Source: Polyangia bacterium (GTDB lineage: Bacteria > Myxococcota_A > Polyangia > JAAYKL01). Taken from it: 64,000 nt of DNA. This document shows, one piece after another, positions 49,524 to 59,379 of the stretch. Made by a program: the position numbers and the translations under genes. The stretch is taken from positions 1 to 64,000 of the forward strand of contig JBNKCR010000007.1 in the NCBI GenBank assembly GCA_050287845.1. The letters run 5' to 3'. Under the pieces are notes generated by a model. That model was not told the origin of the DNA, ran no database searches, and saw only the letters and a program-made list of their open reading frames with translations. The stretch's first letter is position 1, and every line of letters starts with the position of its first letter.

Positions 49524-50612
49524 CTATGCTCCGGCTGCCACTGGCGGATAATCCACGTATCCTTCGGGGCCCGGCGTGTAAAACAAATCAAAGTTCGGCT
49601 GATTGAGGCCGGCCTTTTCCCGAAACGCTGTGACCAGATTCGGATTGGCGATAAACGGACGGCCAAAGGCCACCAGGTCGCCGCGATGCCGCTGCAAATC
49701 CATTTCAGCCCGTTCCGCATCGTACCCCCCGGACAGAATGAAAGTGTTCGCGAACTTGTCGCGCATTGCCGCAACCAGCTCCCGATTGGGCGCCGGCGCG
49801 CCGAGACTGCTATGGTCCACCACATGGATATATGCAATCCCCGTCGCCGACAGTTTCTCCGTGAGATACAGATACAGCGCATCCATTTCACCATCCGGAC
49901 GCATGTCATTGAACGCGCCATACGGAGAGAGTCGGATTCCGGTACGTTCCTTTCCAATCCGCGACACAACGGCGGACACTACGGCAAGGGCAAACCGCGC
50001 TCTGTTCTCCACACTACCACCCCATTTATCTGTCCGCTGATTCGACGCCGTATTTAAAAATTGATCAATCAGATAGCCGTTGGCGCCGTGCAGCTCCACG
50101 CCATCCATGCCCGCATTTTCCACCGCATTGGCCGCGGCATCAGCGAACTCCGCAACCACTTTTTCAATATCCGCTTCGGTCATCTCCTCTGGAACCGGGT
50201 GGGATTTCGGCCCTTCCTTGTCCGTGTACATCTCGCCGGCAACTGCTACCGGCGATGGTGCCTTCACTGTGAGTCCCGCCGGCAGATTAAGCGGATGTGC
50301 AACGCGCCCCGTGTGCATGAGCTGCACAAAGATTTTCGAATCTGCGCCATGCACCACGTCTGTCACTTTTTTCCATCCGGCCACCTGTGCATCCGAAAAT
50401 ATACCGGGAATTCTGGGATATCCCAGCCCCCCCGGCGATGGCGATGTGCCTTCGGTAATGATCAACGCCGCTTCCGCTCGTTGTCTGTAGTATTCCGCAA
50501 CCAGATCACCCGGCACATTATCAATACACCGGCTCCGGGTCATGGGGGCCATAACAATTCGATTCTTTAACGATATTGGGCCCATACGATATGATGATAA
50601 TAATTTATCCAT
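49524..50612 (-). CDS. Alkene reductase / old yellow enzyme (NemA-like)
   Basis: MAPMTRSR, QLMHTGR, ELHGANGYLIDQFL, RTDKWGGS, FGRPFIANP. Confidence 0.94.
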   Translation of the reverse strand: MDKLLSSYRMGPISLKNRIVMAPMTRSRCIDNVPGDLVAEYYRQRAEAALIITEGTSPSPGGLGYPRIPGIFSDAQVAGWKKVTDVVHGADSKIFVQLMHTGRVAHPLNLPAGLTVKAPSPVAVAGEMYTDKEGPKSHPVPEEMTEADIEKVVAEFADAAANAVENAGMDGVELHGANGYLIDQFLNTASNQRTDKWGGSVENRARFALAVVSAVVSRIGKERTGIRLSPYGAFNDMRPDGEMDALYLYLTEKLSATGIAYIHVVDHSSLGAPAPNRELVAAMRDKFANTFILSGGYDAERAEMDLQRHRGDLVAFGRPFIANPNLVTAFREKAGLNQPNFDLFYTPGPEGYVDYPPVAAGA

Positions 50613-50812
50613 TGAAATTCCCTCCTTGACGCCATCCTTGCGACGCTGGTTTCAATCTAACAACTGGTATTCAGATGTCAAATTACCAGATTGCTACCAT
50701 CCAGCGCCCCCCCCGGTCCCGCCCGAATTCACCTGATATGACGACATGACCCCCCAATGCGCGTCGTCCATCCTTGACATTCCAACGCTGCACCGGCAGT
50801 CTGTTTGGCCGG

Positions 50813-52078
50813 ATGACCCATGGCACACCTGAGCATATTGCCCTGAAAAAACCGGAACTGCTTGCCCCGGCCGGTGAGTTCGCGGCGTTGCAGGCAGCGA
50901 TTCAAAGCAGGTGTGACGCAGTGTATTTCGGCGTGGGCGAATTGAACATGCGCCAGGTCGCCAACAATTTTCATCTGACCGACATCACGGAAATTCATCG
51001 GCGCTGTGAGGACGCCGGTATCCGGGCCTATCTCACACTGAATACCATTGTCTTTCCGGGGGAGCTGCACACGGTTCAACGAATTCTCGATGCGGCACAC
51101 GGCAGGGTGGATGCGGTGATATGTCACGATTGGTCTGTCATTGACGAATGCGGCCAACGTGGAATTCCCATTCACATTTCCACTCAGGCATCGGTTAGCA
51201 ATCCGGCAGCGGCCAAACGATATGCCGGGTTCGGGGCGGCCCGGGTAGTACCCGCCCGGGAATGCACCCTTGAAGAATTGCGCCTTATCAGAGATGGTTC
51301 CGGCATTGAACTGGAAGTGTTTGTCCACGGGGCCATGTGCGTGAGCGTCTCGGGGCGCTGTTTCATCTCCGACCTGGTATGCGGGAAATCGGGAAACCGC
51401 GGCGAATGCACCCAGAACTGCCGAAGAGAATATCAGATTCAGGATGTGGAAGACGGTCACGAATTCGTGCTCGGCAATCGCTATGTAATGTCTGCCAGAG
51501 ACCTGTGCACGCTGCCGTTTATCGAACAACTCTGTGATGCAGGTATCGATGCATTCAAAATAGAAGGTCGGGGCCGCAACCCGGAATACGTGCGGACCGT
51601 TGTGGCCGCTTATCGCAACGCCATTGATGCCTGGTCTGAAGGCAATCTTGATGATGCGCTGAAACAGAAGCTTGTCGAGGATGTGCGTAGAGTGTACAAT
51701 CGCTCTTTTTCAGAGGGGTTTTATTTTGGCAGACCCGTTGGCGATTTCACTGATGCCAATGGCAGCCGTGCCACCCACAGAAAGGAATTCGTGGGGCGGG
51801 TTGTCAATTACTACCGACAGATTGAAGTGGTTGAAGTGGAAGTACTCGACCACCCATTCAGCACCGAAACGCCCCTGTTGATTATCGGTGAAACCACCGG
51901 AGTAGTGATGGTATTACCAACAGGCATCCGACAGGAGAACAACAATGTCAATACGGTTACCAGAGGCGTTGTCACTTTCCGGGTACCACAACGGGTGCGC
52001 ATCGGAGACAAAGTGTATCGTCATTGTAAGGTTCGAACTCAATCCAATCTGACCCTGCCCAATCGGGTTCACCCTTGA
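50813..52078 (+). CDS. U32 family peptidase (TrhP/RlhA-like)
   Basis: PELLAPAG, HISTQAS, ARE, EVFVHGAMCVSVSGRC, NRGECTQNCR, KIEGR; start moved to ATG 50813. Confidence 0.92.
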   Translation: MTHGTPEHIALKKPELLAPAGEFAALQAAIQSRCDAVYFGVGELNMRQVANNFHLTDITEIHRRCEDAGIRAYLTLNTIVFPGELHTVQRILDAAHGRVDAVICHDWSVIDECGQRGIPIHISTQASVSNPAAAKRYAGFGAARVVPARECTLEELRLIRDGSGIELEVFVHGAMCVSVSGRCFISDLVCGKSGNRGECTQNCRREYQIQDVEDGHEFVLGNRYVMSARDLCTLPFIEQLCDAGIDAFKIEGRGRNPEYVRTVVAAYRNAIDAWSEGNLDDALKQKLVEDVRRVYNRSFSEGFYFGRPVGDFTDANGSRATHRKEFVGRVVNYYRQIEVVEVEVLDHPFSTETPLLIIGETTGVVMVLPTGIRQENNNVNTVTRGVVTFRVPQRVRIGDKVYRHCKVRTQSNLTLPNRVHP

Positions 52079-52669
52079 ACAATTCATCGTCGCCAGCCAT
52101 TTTCGTCACAGATGTCACACTTTCCACAAAGTGACACTGTTATAACACTCCAATCGTACACAAAAAATTGGAGTCGGAGCTGACATATCATTCCTGGCGT
52201 CGGTGGTTCGCTTTTGTTTTCGTAATGTTCTTTTTTTTATTCGACGATGACTTTTTGATTGTATTTTGCCTTGCACAGTGACACGATACATCCATCGCAT
52301 AATTTTTTGTTTTCCAATTCCTGATACATCCGTCACTCGACCGGACCGTTCATTCTGGTTCAGTCCAACATGTATTCCGGCCGAGAACATTTGCAGCCAG
52401 GAATCAAAAAAAATAGACGGAACCGTTATTTTTACAGGACAGAATTCCGGGAAAGGAGGTGCTATTCATACGAATTATTTATCCTGAAACCAGTTGTACG
52501 AATTAAATGAAAAGGGGGGATTTCACATGTTCTTTAAACCGACACATTTACAGCAATACAATATATTTCAGAATGCTATGCACACTGTTCCTCAATCATA
52601 TATTTTCACCTTCGAGCGGCCCCCGAAAAAATTGCCCGGAAAGAATTAACCAATTACAGGAGCTTCAGA

Positions 52670-54646
52670 ATGAAATTTTTCAGATTGAAAAAATTGGGAA
52701 TCACCATGGCATCATTGCTTGGTTTTTCCGCATTGTCCGGCAGCGTGCTTGCACAGGATATGGAATTTACGAAGTCACAGAGACTGAATGATAGATTCGC
52801 CATTGAACCCGTGAATGCCAACATCGAATCAATTACCGGTCTCACGGAGTTGACCGACGCTGAATATGATCGAATCGACAGTCTTCCTGTCTGGGAAAAA
52901 AGTGCGGATGCGTACATCGGTCCTATGGAAACGCCGGAGCTTCCACCCCGTTCGGTGGACAATTCGACCCAACCCTATTTCCGCCCGATTTTCAATCAAT
53001 CCGGCGGAAGCTGCGGCCAGGCGAGTGGAATTGGCTATAACTTCACTTACGAAATGAACTACGTTCGAAATTCAGATGCCTCTATCACGGACAATCAGTA
53101 TCCTTCTCATTACACATGGAACTTTCTGAATGCCGGTTCCGGCGCAGGTTCCTGGTATTTTGATGGCTGGGACATTATCAAGGCCAATGGTTGCCCCAAT
53201 GTGACGGAATGGGGTGGAATGGCCGTCAGCAGTACCAAATGGATGACCGGTTACGACGACTATTTTTCGGGCATGAATAACCGGGTAGTCGACTATCAGC
53301 GAATTAATTCGGTAAACACCACTGGTGGGCTGGATAATCTCAAGCAATGGATTTACGACCGGGGTGATGCCTCCGCTGTTGGCGGTCTCGCCAATTTTGC
53401 GGCGTATATCTCCAACAGTGACTATGTTACTCTGGAAGCGGGAACCCCTGATGAAGGTAAAACCATGTTGGTGCAATGGGGAGACTCCGGGTATCACGCC
53501 ATGACTATCGTGGGTTACAACGATGACGTTCGGTATGACTTCAATAATGACGGATACTATACCAATAATGTCGATATTAACGGCGACGGCGTGGTCAACA
53601 TGTCCGACTGGGAAATCGGGGCGTTGATCTTTGCCAACAGTTGGGGAACATCATATGGTGACAATGGATTCGCGTACATGGCATACAAGGCCATTGCCGA
53701 TCTCGACAAACGGGGGCAGCCTGCTCTCACATGGAACGCCGTTCATATTTTGAACACCAAAGCGTCTCACGCGGTCACCGGTGCACTCAAGGTCAATATC
53801 ACCCACCCCGATCGAAATGATTTGAATGTCATAGCAGTTGTGGAGCAAAATGGCAGCACCTATACCAAAGCCTATTACGGAGCCTTTGCCAACGCTGGCG
53901 GAGACTGGCCCATGCAAGGTTCCACTGGTCCGGACAATATCGAAGTTGGTCTGGACGTTTCTGATTTACTCGCTCAAATCGATTTGAACCAATGCGCACA
54001 CATCAGTCTGAAAATCACCGAAACCGACAACGATACAGCGTCAGACGGTATGGTCACTTCTCTTTCACTGATGGACTATACCAGCGGCGCGACTGAAATC
54101 GTTAGCCCCGACACCAACGTTTCCATCACCGATAATGGCACCACCGTTGTCACCGTAGATCGCAATTGCGACGTTATTCCACCGACTGGAGACATTCGCA
54201 TTGAATACATGACATACAAGCCAATGGTTCAGACCAATTCGCCATCTGTAAACATTCGAATCGAGAACGTCGGGGATACTACACTCAACCTCGCGGACAT
54301 CGAAGCCGAATACCATTACACCACAGAATCCACCGGTCAGGTTGAGGAAGGACAAATCTACTACGCCGCTCACATCCCCTCCTGGCAATACATCGGAAAC
54401 TACGTGAATGCCGATGTTGAAATTGTCGGCGGCGAGGGTATCCTTGTCATCTCCTTCGATGCCGAAGCGGGAACTATCGCCCCCGGAGAAATTGTGGAAG
54501 TCAAGTCCGCCTTCCATATGATTGACTGGCAGAATTACAACCAGACCAACGACTATTCCTTTGGCATGGTTACATCTTACCAGGAATGGACCACCATTGG
54601 CGGATTCATCAATGGCGCTCTCGTCTGGGGAACGGTACCTTTCTAA
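52670..54646 (+). CDS. Secreted papain-like (C1A) cysteine peptidase with C-terminal CBM3
   Basis: Signal peptide; QSGGSC (Gln/Cys), YHAMTIVGYND (His), ANSWG (Asn); CBM3 from about 54185 (IENVGDTTLNL...YHYT...DWQNYNQTNDYSF...LVWG). Confidence 0.85.
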   Translation: MKFFRLKKLGITMASLLGFSALSGSVLAQDMEFTKSQRLNDRFAIEPVNANIESITGLTELTDAEYDRIDSLPVWEKSADAYIGPMETPELPPRSVDNSTQPYFRPIFNQSGGSCGQASGIGYNFTYEMNYVRNSDASITDNQYPSHYTWNFLNAGSGAGSWYFDGWDIIKANGCPNVTEWGGMAVSSTKWMTGYDDYFSGMNNRVVDYQRINSVNTTGGLDNLKQWIYDRGDASAVGGLANFAAYISNSDYVTLEAGTPDEGKTMLVQWGDSGYHAMTIVGYNDDVRYDFNNDGYYTNNVDINGDGVVNMSDWEIGALIFANSWGTSYGDNGFAYMAYKAIADLDKRGQPALTWNAVHILNTKASHAVTGALKVNITHPDRNDLNVIAVVEQNGSTYTKAYYGAFANAGGDWPMQGSTGPDNIEVGLDVSDLLAQIDLNQCAHISLKITETDNDTASDGMVTSLSLMDYTSGATEIVSPDTNVSITDNGTTVVTVDRNCDVIPPTGDIRIEYMTYKPMVQTNSPSVNIRIENVGDTTLNLADIEAEYHYTTESTGQVEEGQIYYAAHIPSWQYIGNYVNADVEIVGGEGILVISFDAEAGTIAPGEIVEVKSAFHMIDWQNYNQTNDYSFGMVTSYQEWTTIGGFINGALVWGTVPF

Positions 54647-54895
54647 CCTATTGACCCGCACTCCAATCCCTTTTCTGAATTTTATCTCCTGCGCATTGCG
54701 TGATGATTTTCTGTAGTGGTCTCCACACAACATTAAATGATGTTCTGCAAAAAAAACTTGGGAATATTCCTGACGTCGCATAAACTGAAGAAACAGGAAA
54801 TCAATTCAGTTCAATATCAAATTTCAGACTGCTTCCGGCAAATACGTCGGGCCTATGTTCGGATGCCTGTGACATTAATCAGACGGAGGTTATCC

Positions 54896-55918
54896 ATGAA
54901 AATCAAAGAGAATCAACTGTTTCCCTATGCCCTTCTGGGACTGGTCATGATGCTGACAGTGGGATGCACCGATTCCAACGACAACACTGCAAATAACGAT
55001 TCCGAAAACAGCTCTTCTTCAGATACTGTCAACGACACGGAATCGACCAACACGGATGATACCGGGACGAACACGGAAAACGACACGGGCCCGGACTCGC
55101 AAACCGGCTCGGAAACATCGTCGGACACGGATTCTCCCACCGACAATGAATCGGAGTCGGACTCCCATTCGGAAACAGACACGGATACCGCCTCCGATTC
55201 AGCCACTGGTTCAGACTCTGATCCTTTCCCGGACACCGATACCATTACGGATTCAACGGAAGAAACAGACTCCGGTACCCACACCGATTCTGAAACCTCT
55301 TCAGACACAGCCGCTGACACAGGCACCGATACTGGGTCGGATTCAGTGACCGATACAGAATCGGATACCGACAACCCGAATCCATGGGGATTCACTGTTT
55401 CAAACCCCAGCACCCATACTCTGCATTGTGACGATCCTGCAAATATATTCGATGGAGAAATTGAAGTATCCGATCGTCACTGGCTCTGTACTTTCAAAGA
55501 GGGAAGCACAGAGGGCGTCCTGTTTATTCAGGCCATTCCCGAAACCTGCGTTGTCATGATGAGCCCCCTGATAGAGTACAGCATCGGTGTGGCTGAAATT
55601 TCAATCGATGGCAACCTGTTTCAGCTCGACGATGTGGCCTATGATTCCGGGGGAAACCATCTCAACGATTCTCTTGGATTTACCTACAGTAACCGCAAGT
55701 ATCACTACGAGCATTCGTCCTATGGTGTGGGGTATCGCAGTTGCCAGAATATGGACTGCGCAAATGTCAGCAATCTGAACGACGATGTTGTGGAAAACGG
55801 TTGTACCTGCGATCGCACCCGTCCCATCGTGTGCGTAAAACAGGCAGCTGACGGCAGCTTCCCTCCCCTGGTCGACACCTTCAAAGTCTGCGAGACCGAC
55901 CCGGATTGCGGCGATTGA
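54896..55918 (+). CDS. Lipoprotein with Asp/Ser/Thr-rich stalk and Cys-rich C-terminal domain of unknown function
   Basis: GGAGG RBS before ATG 54896; lipobox TVGC; about 135-aa acidic linker; about 180-aa domain with about 10 Cys. Confidence 0.8.
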   Translation: MKIKENQLFPYALLGLVMMLTVGCTDSNDNTANNDSENSSSSDTVNDTESTNTDDTGTNTENDTGPDSQTGSETSSDTDSPTDNESESDSHSETDTDTASDSATGSDSDPFPDTDTITDSTEETDSGTHTDSETSSDTAADTGTDTGSDSVTDTESDTDNPNPWGFTVSNPSTHTLHCDDPANIFDGEIEVSDRHWLCTFKEGSTEGVLFIQAIPETCVVMMSPLIEYSIGVAEISIDGNLFQLDDVAYDSGGNHLNDSLGFTYSNRKYHYEHSSYGVGYRSCQNMDCANVSNLNDDVVENGCTCDRTRPIVCVKQAADGSFPPLVDTFKVCETDPDCGD

Positions 55919-55928
55919 CGACTCTCAT

Positions 55929-57155
55929 TCACTTCAATGCAACGCTTCGATAGGTTTCTCTGAATTCATCAAATGCTGCCCTCGTTCTGGGACGACCGCT
56001 TTGAACGGCATCCCCAACCACCGATGAGGTGCCAGCTATAAAATCATGCAGATTGTCGTTCAGGATATTTTTCAGACGTCGATTGTCCTCGCGGCCCGGC
56101 GTGAACACCAGCTCGTTCAGTTCAAGAAAAGACGCGAAGTCCATGCATTTTTCCTCATATGCAATGCAAATGGCGGCCACACCCGTCATCAGCGCAGCAC
56201 CGAACGCGTGGAGGCGATAGGTGATACACAGATCCGCGTCGCGCAAAGCATCTATCCTTCCGGCCGACAAATCCACTATGTCAATCGAACGATGAAAGTA
56301 GTTGGATAGCTGGGTTGAAACCCAGGGGGCGTAAACGTTCCACGTGGTGTAGAACCGAACATCAATGTGCCCCTTCTTTTCCAGCAAGGCCAGTTCTTGC
56401 AATACCATATGACGCAACCGCAGACTGTCTGCGTCTTCCAGCACACCGAAGGAAAGATCCAGCCAGATACTCAGTTTCTTCCGGGGGGACTTTTCCGATA
56501 TGGGATTGTAATGGTCGAGCAGACACGGGTCTCCCACCATCCGCAGCTTCGGGAGGTCAAGGGCGTCAAGTTGTTTGAGGGACAACGGCCCACGAACCCC
56601 GAGAAACGCAAATTCCGCCAGCAGCTTCTGCCATTGTGCCAGATGGTCTCCCCAACGCGCCACATTGCCAACTCCGGTGCCAAAGCAGACGCATGGCAGT
56701 CCGGCACTCACCGCCGTTCGAACCTCTGAATACAGCGCCGGCTTCTGATTGATAAGGGTCCCGCCCCCCAGCACGCATAAATCAAAATTGCCTTCCGGTG
56801 CGGCGCGGCACCACAGGCTTGCCATGTCCAACGAATCCACAAAATTCACATCCGGCATCTCTTTTCCGAGCACCTGAAACATCCATCGGTCACCAAAATT
56901 GGCATCCTTTCCGAACCCCACATACATGGCCCGGATGCATTCATCCGTTTTCTGCGATGGGTTCACGCCAATGCCGGGGCGCGTATCGAGCATGGGCATC
57001 GCCCCGAAACGGGTCAGCAGCTCCCGATATCTGGTAAGGGCGGAATTCAGACGATGATCAAAAACGTAGAATCCCGGCGTGAATATCGATGACACCAAAT
57101 GCCCCTGTTCAACATCCACTACGATTATTCTGTCATCCATTTTTACAGACTCCAT
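55929..57155 (-). CDS. Polysaccharide pyruvyl transferase family protein
   Basis: ANFGD, VLGGGTLI, FGTGVG, GVRGPLS, GDP, RLHA, YEEKC. Confidence 0.85.
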   Translation of the reverse strand: MESVKMDDRIIVVDVEQGHLVSSIFTPGFYVFDHRLNSALTRYRELLTRFGAMPMLDTRPGIGVNPSQKTDECIRAMYVGFGKDANFGDRWMFQVLGKEMPDVNFVDSLDMASLWCRAAPEGNFDLCVLGGGTLINQKPALYSEVRTAVSAGLPCVCFGTGVGNVARWGDHLAQWQKLLAEFAFLGVRGPLSLKQLDALDLPKLRMVGDPCLLDHYNPISEKSPRKKLSIWLDLSFGVLEDADSLRLRHMVLQELALLEKKGHIDVRFYTTWNVYAPWVSTQLSNYFHRSIDIVDLSAGRIDALRDADLCITYRLHAFGAALMTGVAAICIAYEEKCMDFASFLELNELVFTPGREDNRRLKNILNDNLHDFIAGTSSVVGDAVQSGRPRTRAAFDEFRETYRSVALK

Positions 57156-57240
57156 ACGGTAGGTGTGAAATGATGTGTAGTATACCCCGGGAAAGTCCGG
57201 GAGCCCGCTCGCTTCGCCTTTTTTGCAGATGCGCAGTTTT

Positions 57241-59175
57241 CTACCTGGGATTCCAGGTCACATGGAGCATCACATCGGGCGCATATCGGTTCGGGCGATG
57301 GGCAGCACGGAGCGACGCCACCAGACAACGGCAGCTGGTGGCAAACTCCAATTCATATATCAATGCAGAAAGAGCGATCCCCGGATACAGGCTGAACTGC
57401 GCATCGACTCGCAGCTGAATGCGCTCTGAAAACGCGAAGTGCAGCTGCGGCATAAGAACGCTATACGCGCGTTCCACATAGTCACTTTTCAGAAGCCAAA
57501 GGTTGATGGGAGCCGCGCCAATAGCCACTTCGGGCCTGGCGCCCCGCGCACCGTAAAAGCACGCGGCGGCAAAGCCCAGCGCATCCTCCCGTCCCACATC
57601 CACTGTCAGTTTCGCGGTGTTCAGCTTTCTGGTCCGCACATTACTGGAAGCGCCCATTAAGACTGACACCCACTTTTTCTCCACAGCGCCGAAAAGAGAA
57701 ATGTACCAGCTGCTTTCTTCATTCTCGCTGCCATCGTCAACCCGTCTCCATTGCAGCAATGGCAGCAGGGTAAAATCCGGACTTCCGAGATGCACGCCGA
57801 ATCTGTTTTCGAGGGACAGGTCCATCTGAAATCCGGTGGTTCGGGCATCAACTGCGTCGAGAATCACCGATGGCCGCACTCCGTATTGAAACGGCGCCAT
57901 TCGAAACGCAATCCCCGGTGTCATCACGTGCACTGTACGGCGCCCACTTTTCATCAGGGGCAAACTGGCTGTCACCAACATCGACGGCAACAGTCGGGAG
58001 CTTCCCCTTCCGGTTTCATCGACCTGACGACGCTCCGCCAGTGCGCCCAGTTCAACAGTTACCAATGTGTACAGAATGGTCAGGGGAACTTTCAGTGCAG
58101 GGGCAAGCGACAGTCGCGTCTGGTCGGTGATCGCATCCTCCCAATCAAACACAAATCTATCCAGCGTTGCGGAAAAAGATGGTTCCACATATACCCTGCT
58201 CAAATTTGTCGGATACAAATCAGCACCCAGATGCAGCTGACCCACATGCATCATCCGGCCATCGTCCACAAACGGCTGCGAATATCTCAGCTGATTCTCA
58301 AACGCCCCGATATCATTTGTCACGCCCAACCGAAACCGGCTATTCGTTCCATTCACCGCCCGTTGGCGGGGGTCAAACAGCAACAGATCGATCATTTTTC
58401 TGTCCGACACCATGTGGCTATCCACTGCAACTACCGCTCCGCCGGGATACGCGGTTCCTCTGGATTGAACCGCCACCATATTCCGGGAATGATATCGCAG
58501 CTGACTCAATTCTCCCCAGCCGCGACGTCCGGCCACTGTAAGCGAACTGTCCATCCCCGTGGGCAACCGCGCCGCAGCGCGGGCGGTCAGGCGGCGTTCC
58601 CCGGCAAGAGGCATATACACCCCGGATCCGACTCTCAGCCCGGATACGGTGGACCACCCCACATCGGGGGCCAACAACCCGGAACGACGATTGGAAACCA
58701 GTTTTAACCCCGGCAGGCCAAACACGTTTGTATCGCCGATCCGAATTCTGGGTGACGACAGCACCATTTCATCACTTTGCACCCGCATCGTTTCGGCCAC
58801 CACCGAGATACCGGACAGGTCATGGGGACATGGAATGAGTGCGATCTGACGAAGGTGACAACGGACACCGTTGCAATTGGCGGCTTCACCTGACAGTCGA
58901 AGCATTCCATCCGGCCAGGTTACCGATACTCTGAAATGGTTCAGAGTCAACCGGTATGGCGCCGCGTGAAATCTCGCATTCTGCGCTGTAAAATGAAGTT
59001 CCCCAGGGATATTTTTCCCCGCACCATCCATGGGAACTGCGTAATCTGCAGGTAGAAATGAATATCCCGGATGGTCCGCTGCCAGAGCCCCTTTTGCAAT
59101 CAGCATGCCTGTAAGACTCAGGACAATAACCATTTTCTTGAAATGAATCCGTCGCACGCCGAGGTCATACCACAA
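57241..59175 (-). CDS. LptD-like outer membrane beta-barrel protein
   Basis: Signal peptide; PCPH...SVVAETMRV and RRSGLLAPDVGWSTVSG resemble LptD N-terminal motifs; alternating beta-strand pattern. Confidence 0.55.
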   Translation of the reverse strand: MWYDLGVRRIHFKKMVIVLSLTGMLIAKGALAADHPGYSFLPADYAVPMDGAGKNIPGELHFTAQNARFHAAPYRLTLNHFRVSVTWPDGMLRLSGEAANCNGVRCHLRQIALIPCPHDLSGISVVAETMRVQSDEMVLSSPRIRIGDTNVFGLPGLKLVSNRRSGLLAPDVGWSTVSGLRVGSGVYMPLAGERRLTARAAARLPTGMDSSLTVAGRRGWGELSQLRYHSRNMVAVQSRGTAYPGGAVVAVDSHMVSDRKMIDLLLFDPRQRAVNGTNSRFRLGVTNDIGAFENQLRYSQPFVDDGRMMHVGQLHLGADLYPTNLSRVYVEPSFSATLDRFVFDWEDAITDQTRLSLAPALKVPLTILYTLVTVELGALAERRQVDETGRGSSRLLPSMLVTASLPLMKSGRRTVHVMTPGIAFRMAPFQYGVRPSVILDAVDARTTGFQMDLSLENRFGVHLGSPDFTLLPLLQWRRVDDGSENEESSWYISLFGAVEKKWVSVLMGASSNVRTRKLNTAKLTVDVGREDALGFAAACFYGARGARPEVAIGAAPINLWLLKSDYVERAYSVLMPQLHFAFSERIQLRVDAQFSLYPGIALSALIYELEFATSCRCLVASLRAAHRPNRYAPDVMLHVTWNPR

Positions 59176-59379
59176 TGACCTTCAATGGGATACGCGGAAT
59201 GTGACAGTCAAATGGCCGAATCGGTCCAGATATAATGAAAAATTCGCAACAACAAATTCATCCCTGGCCCTCCGGAAATATGTTACATACACTGATGATT
59301 AAAGCTTACGGCATAGTCAACGAAGGACCGAAACGCCACACGAAGACGACCACGCTCAGGGAAACCGGAGAAAAGGCAA

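Noticed and set aside
53537..53611. True dockerin implying a cellulosome
   Set aside because: Only one calcium-loop-like repeat, embedded within the protease domain; no cohesin or scaffoldin in the window
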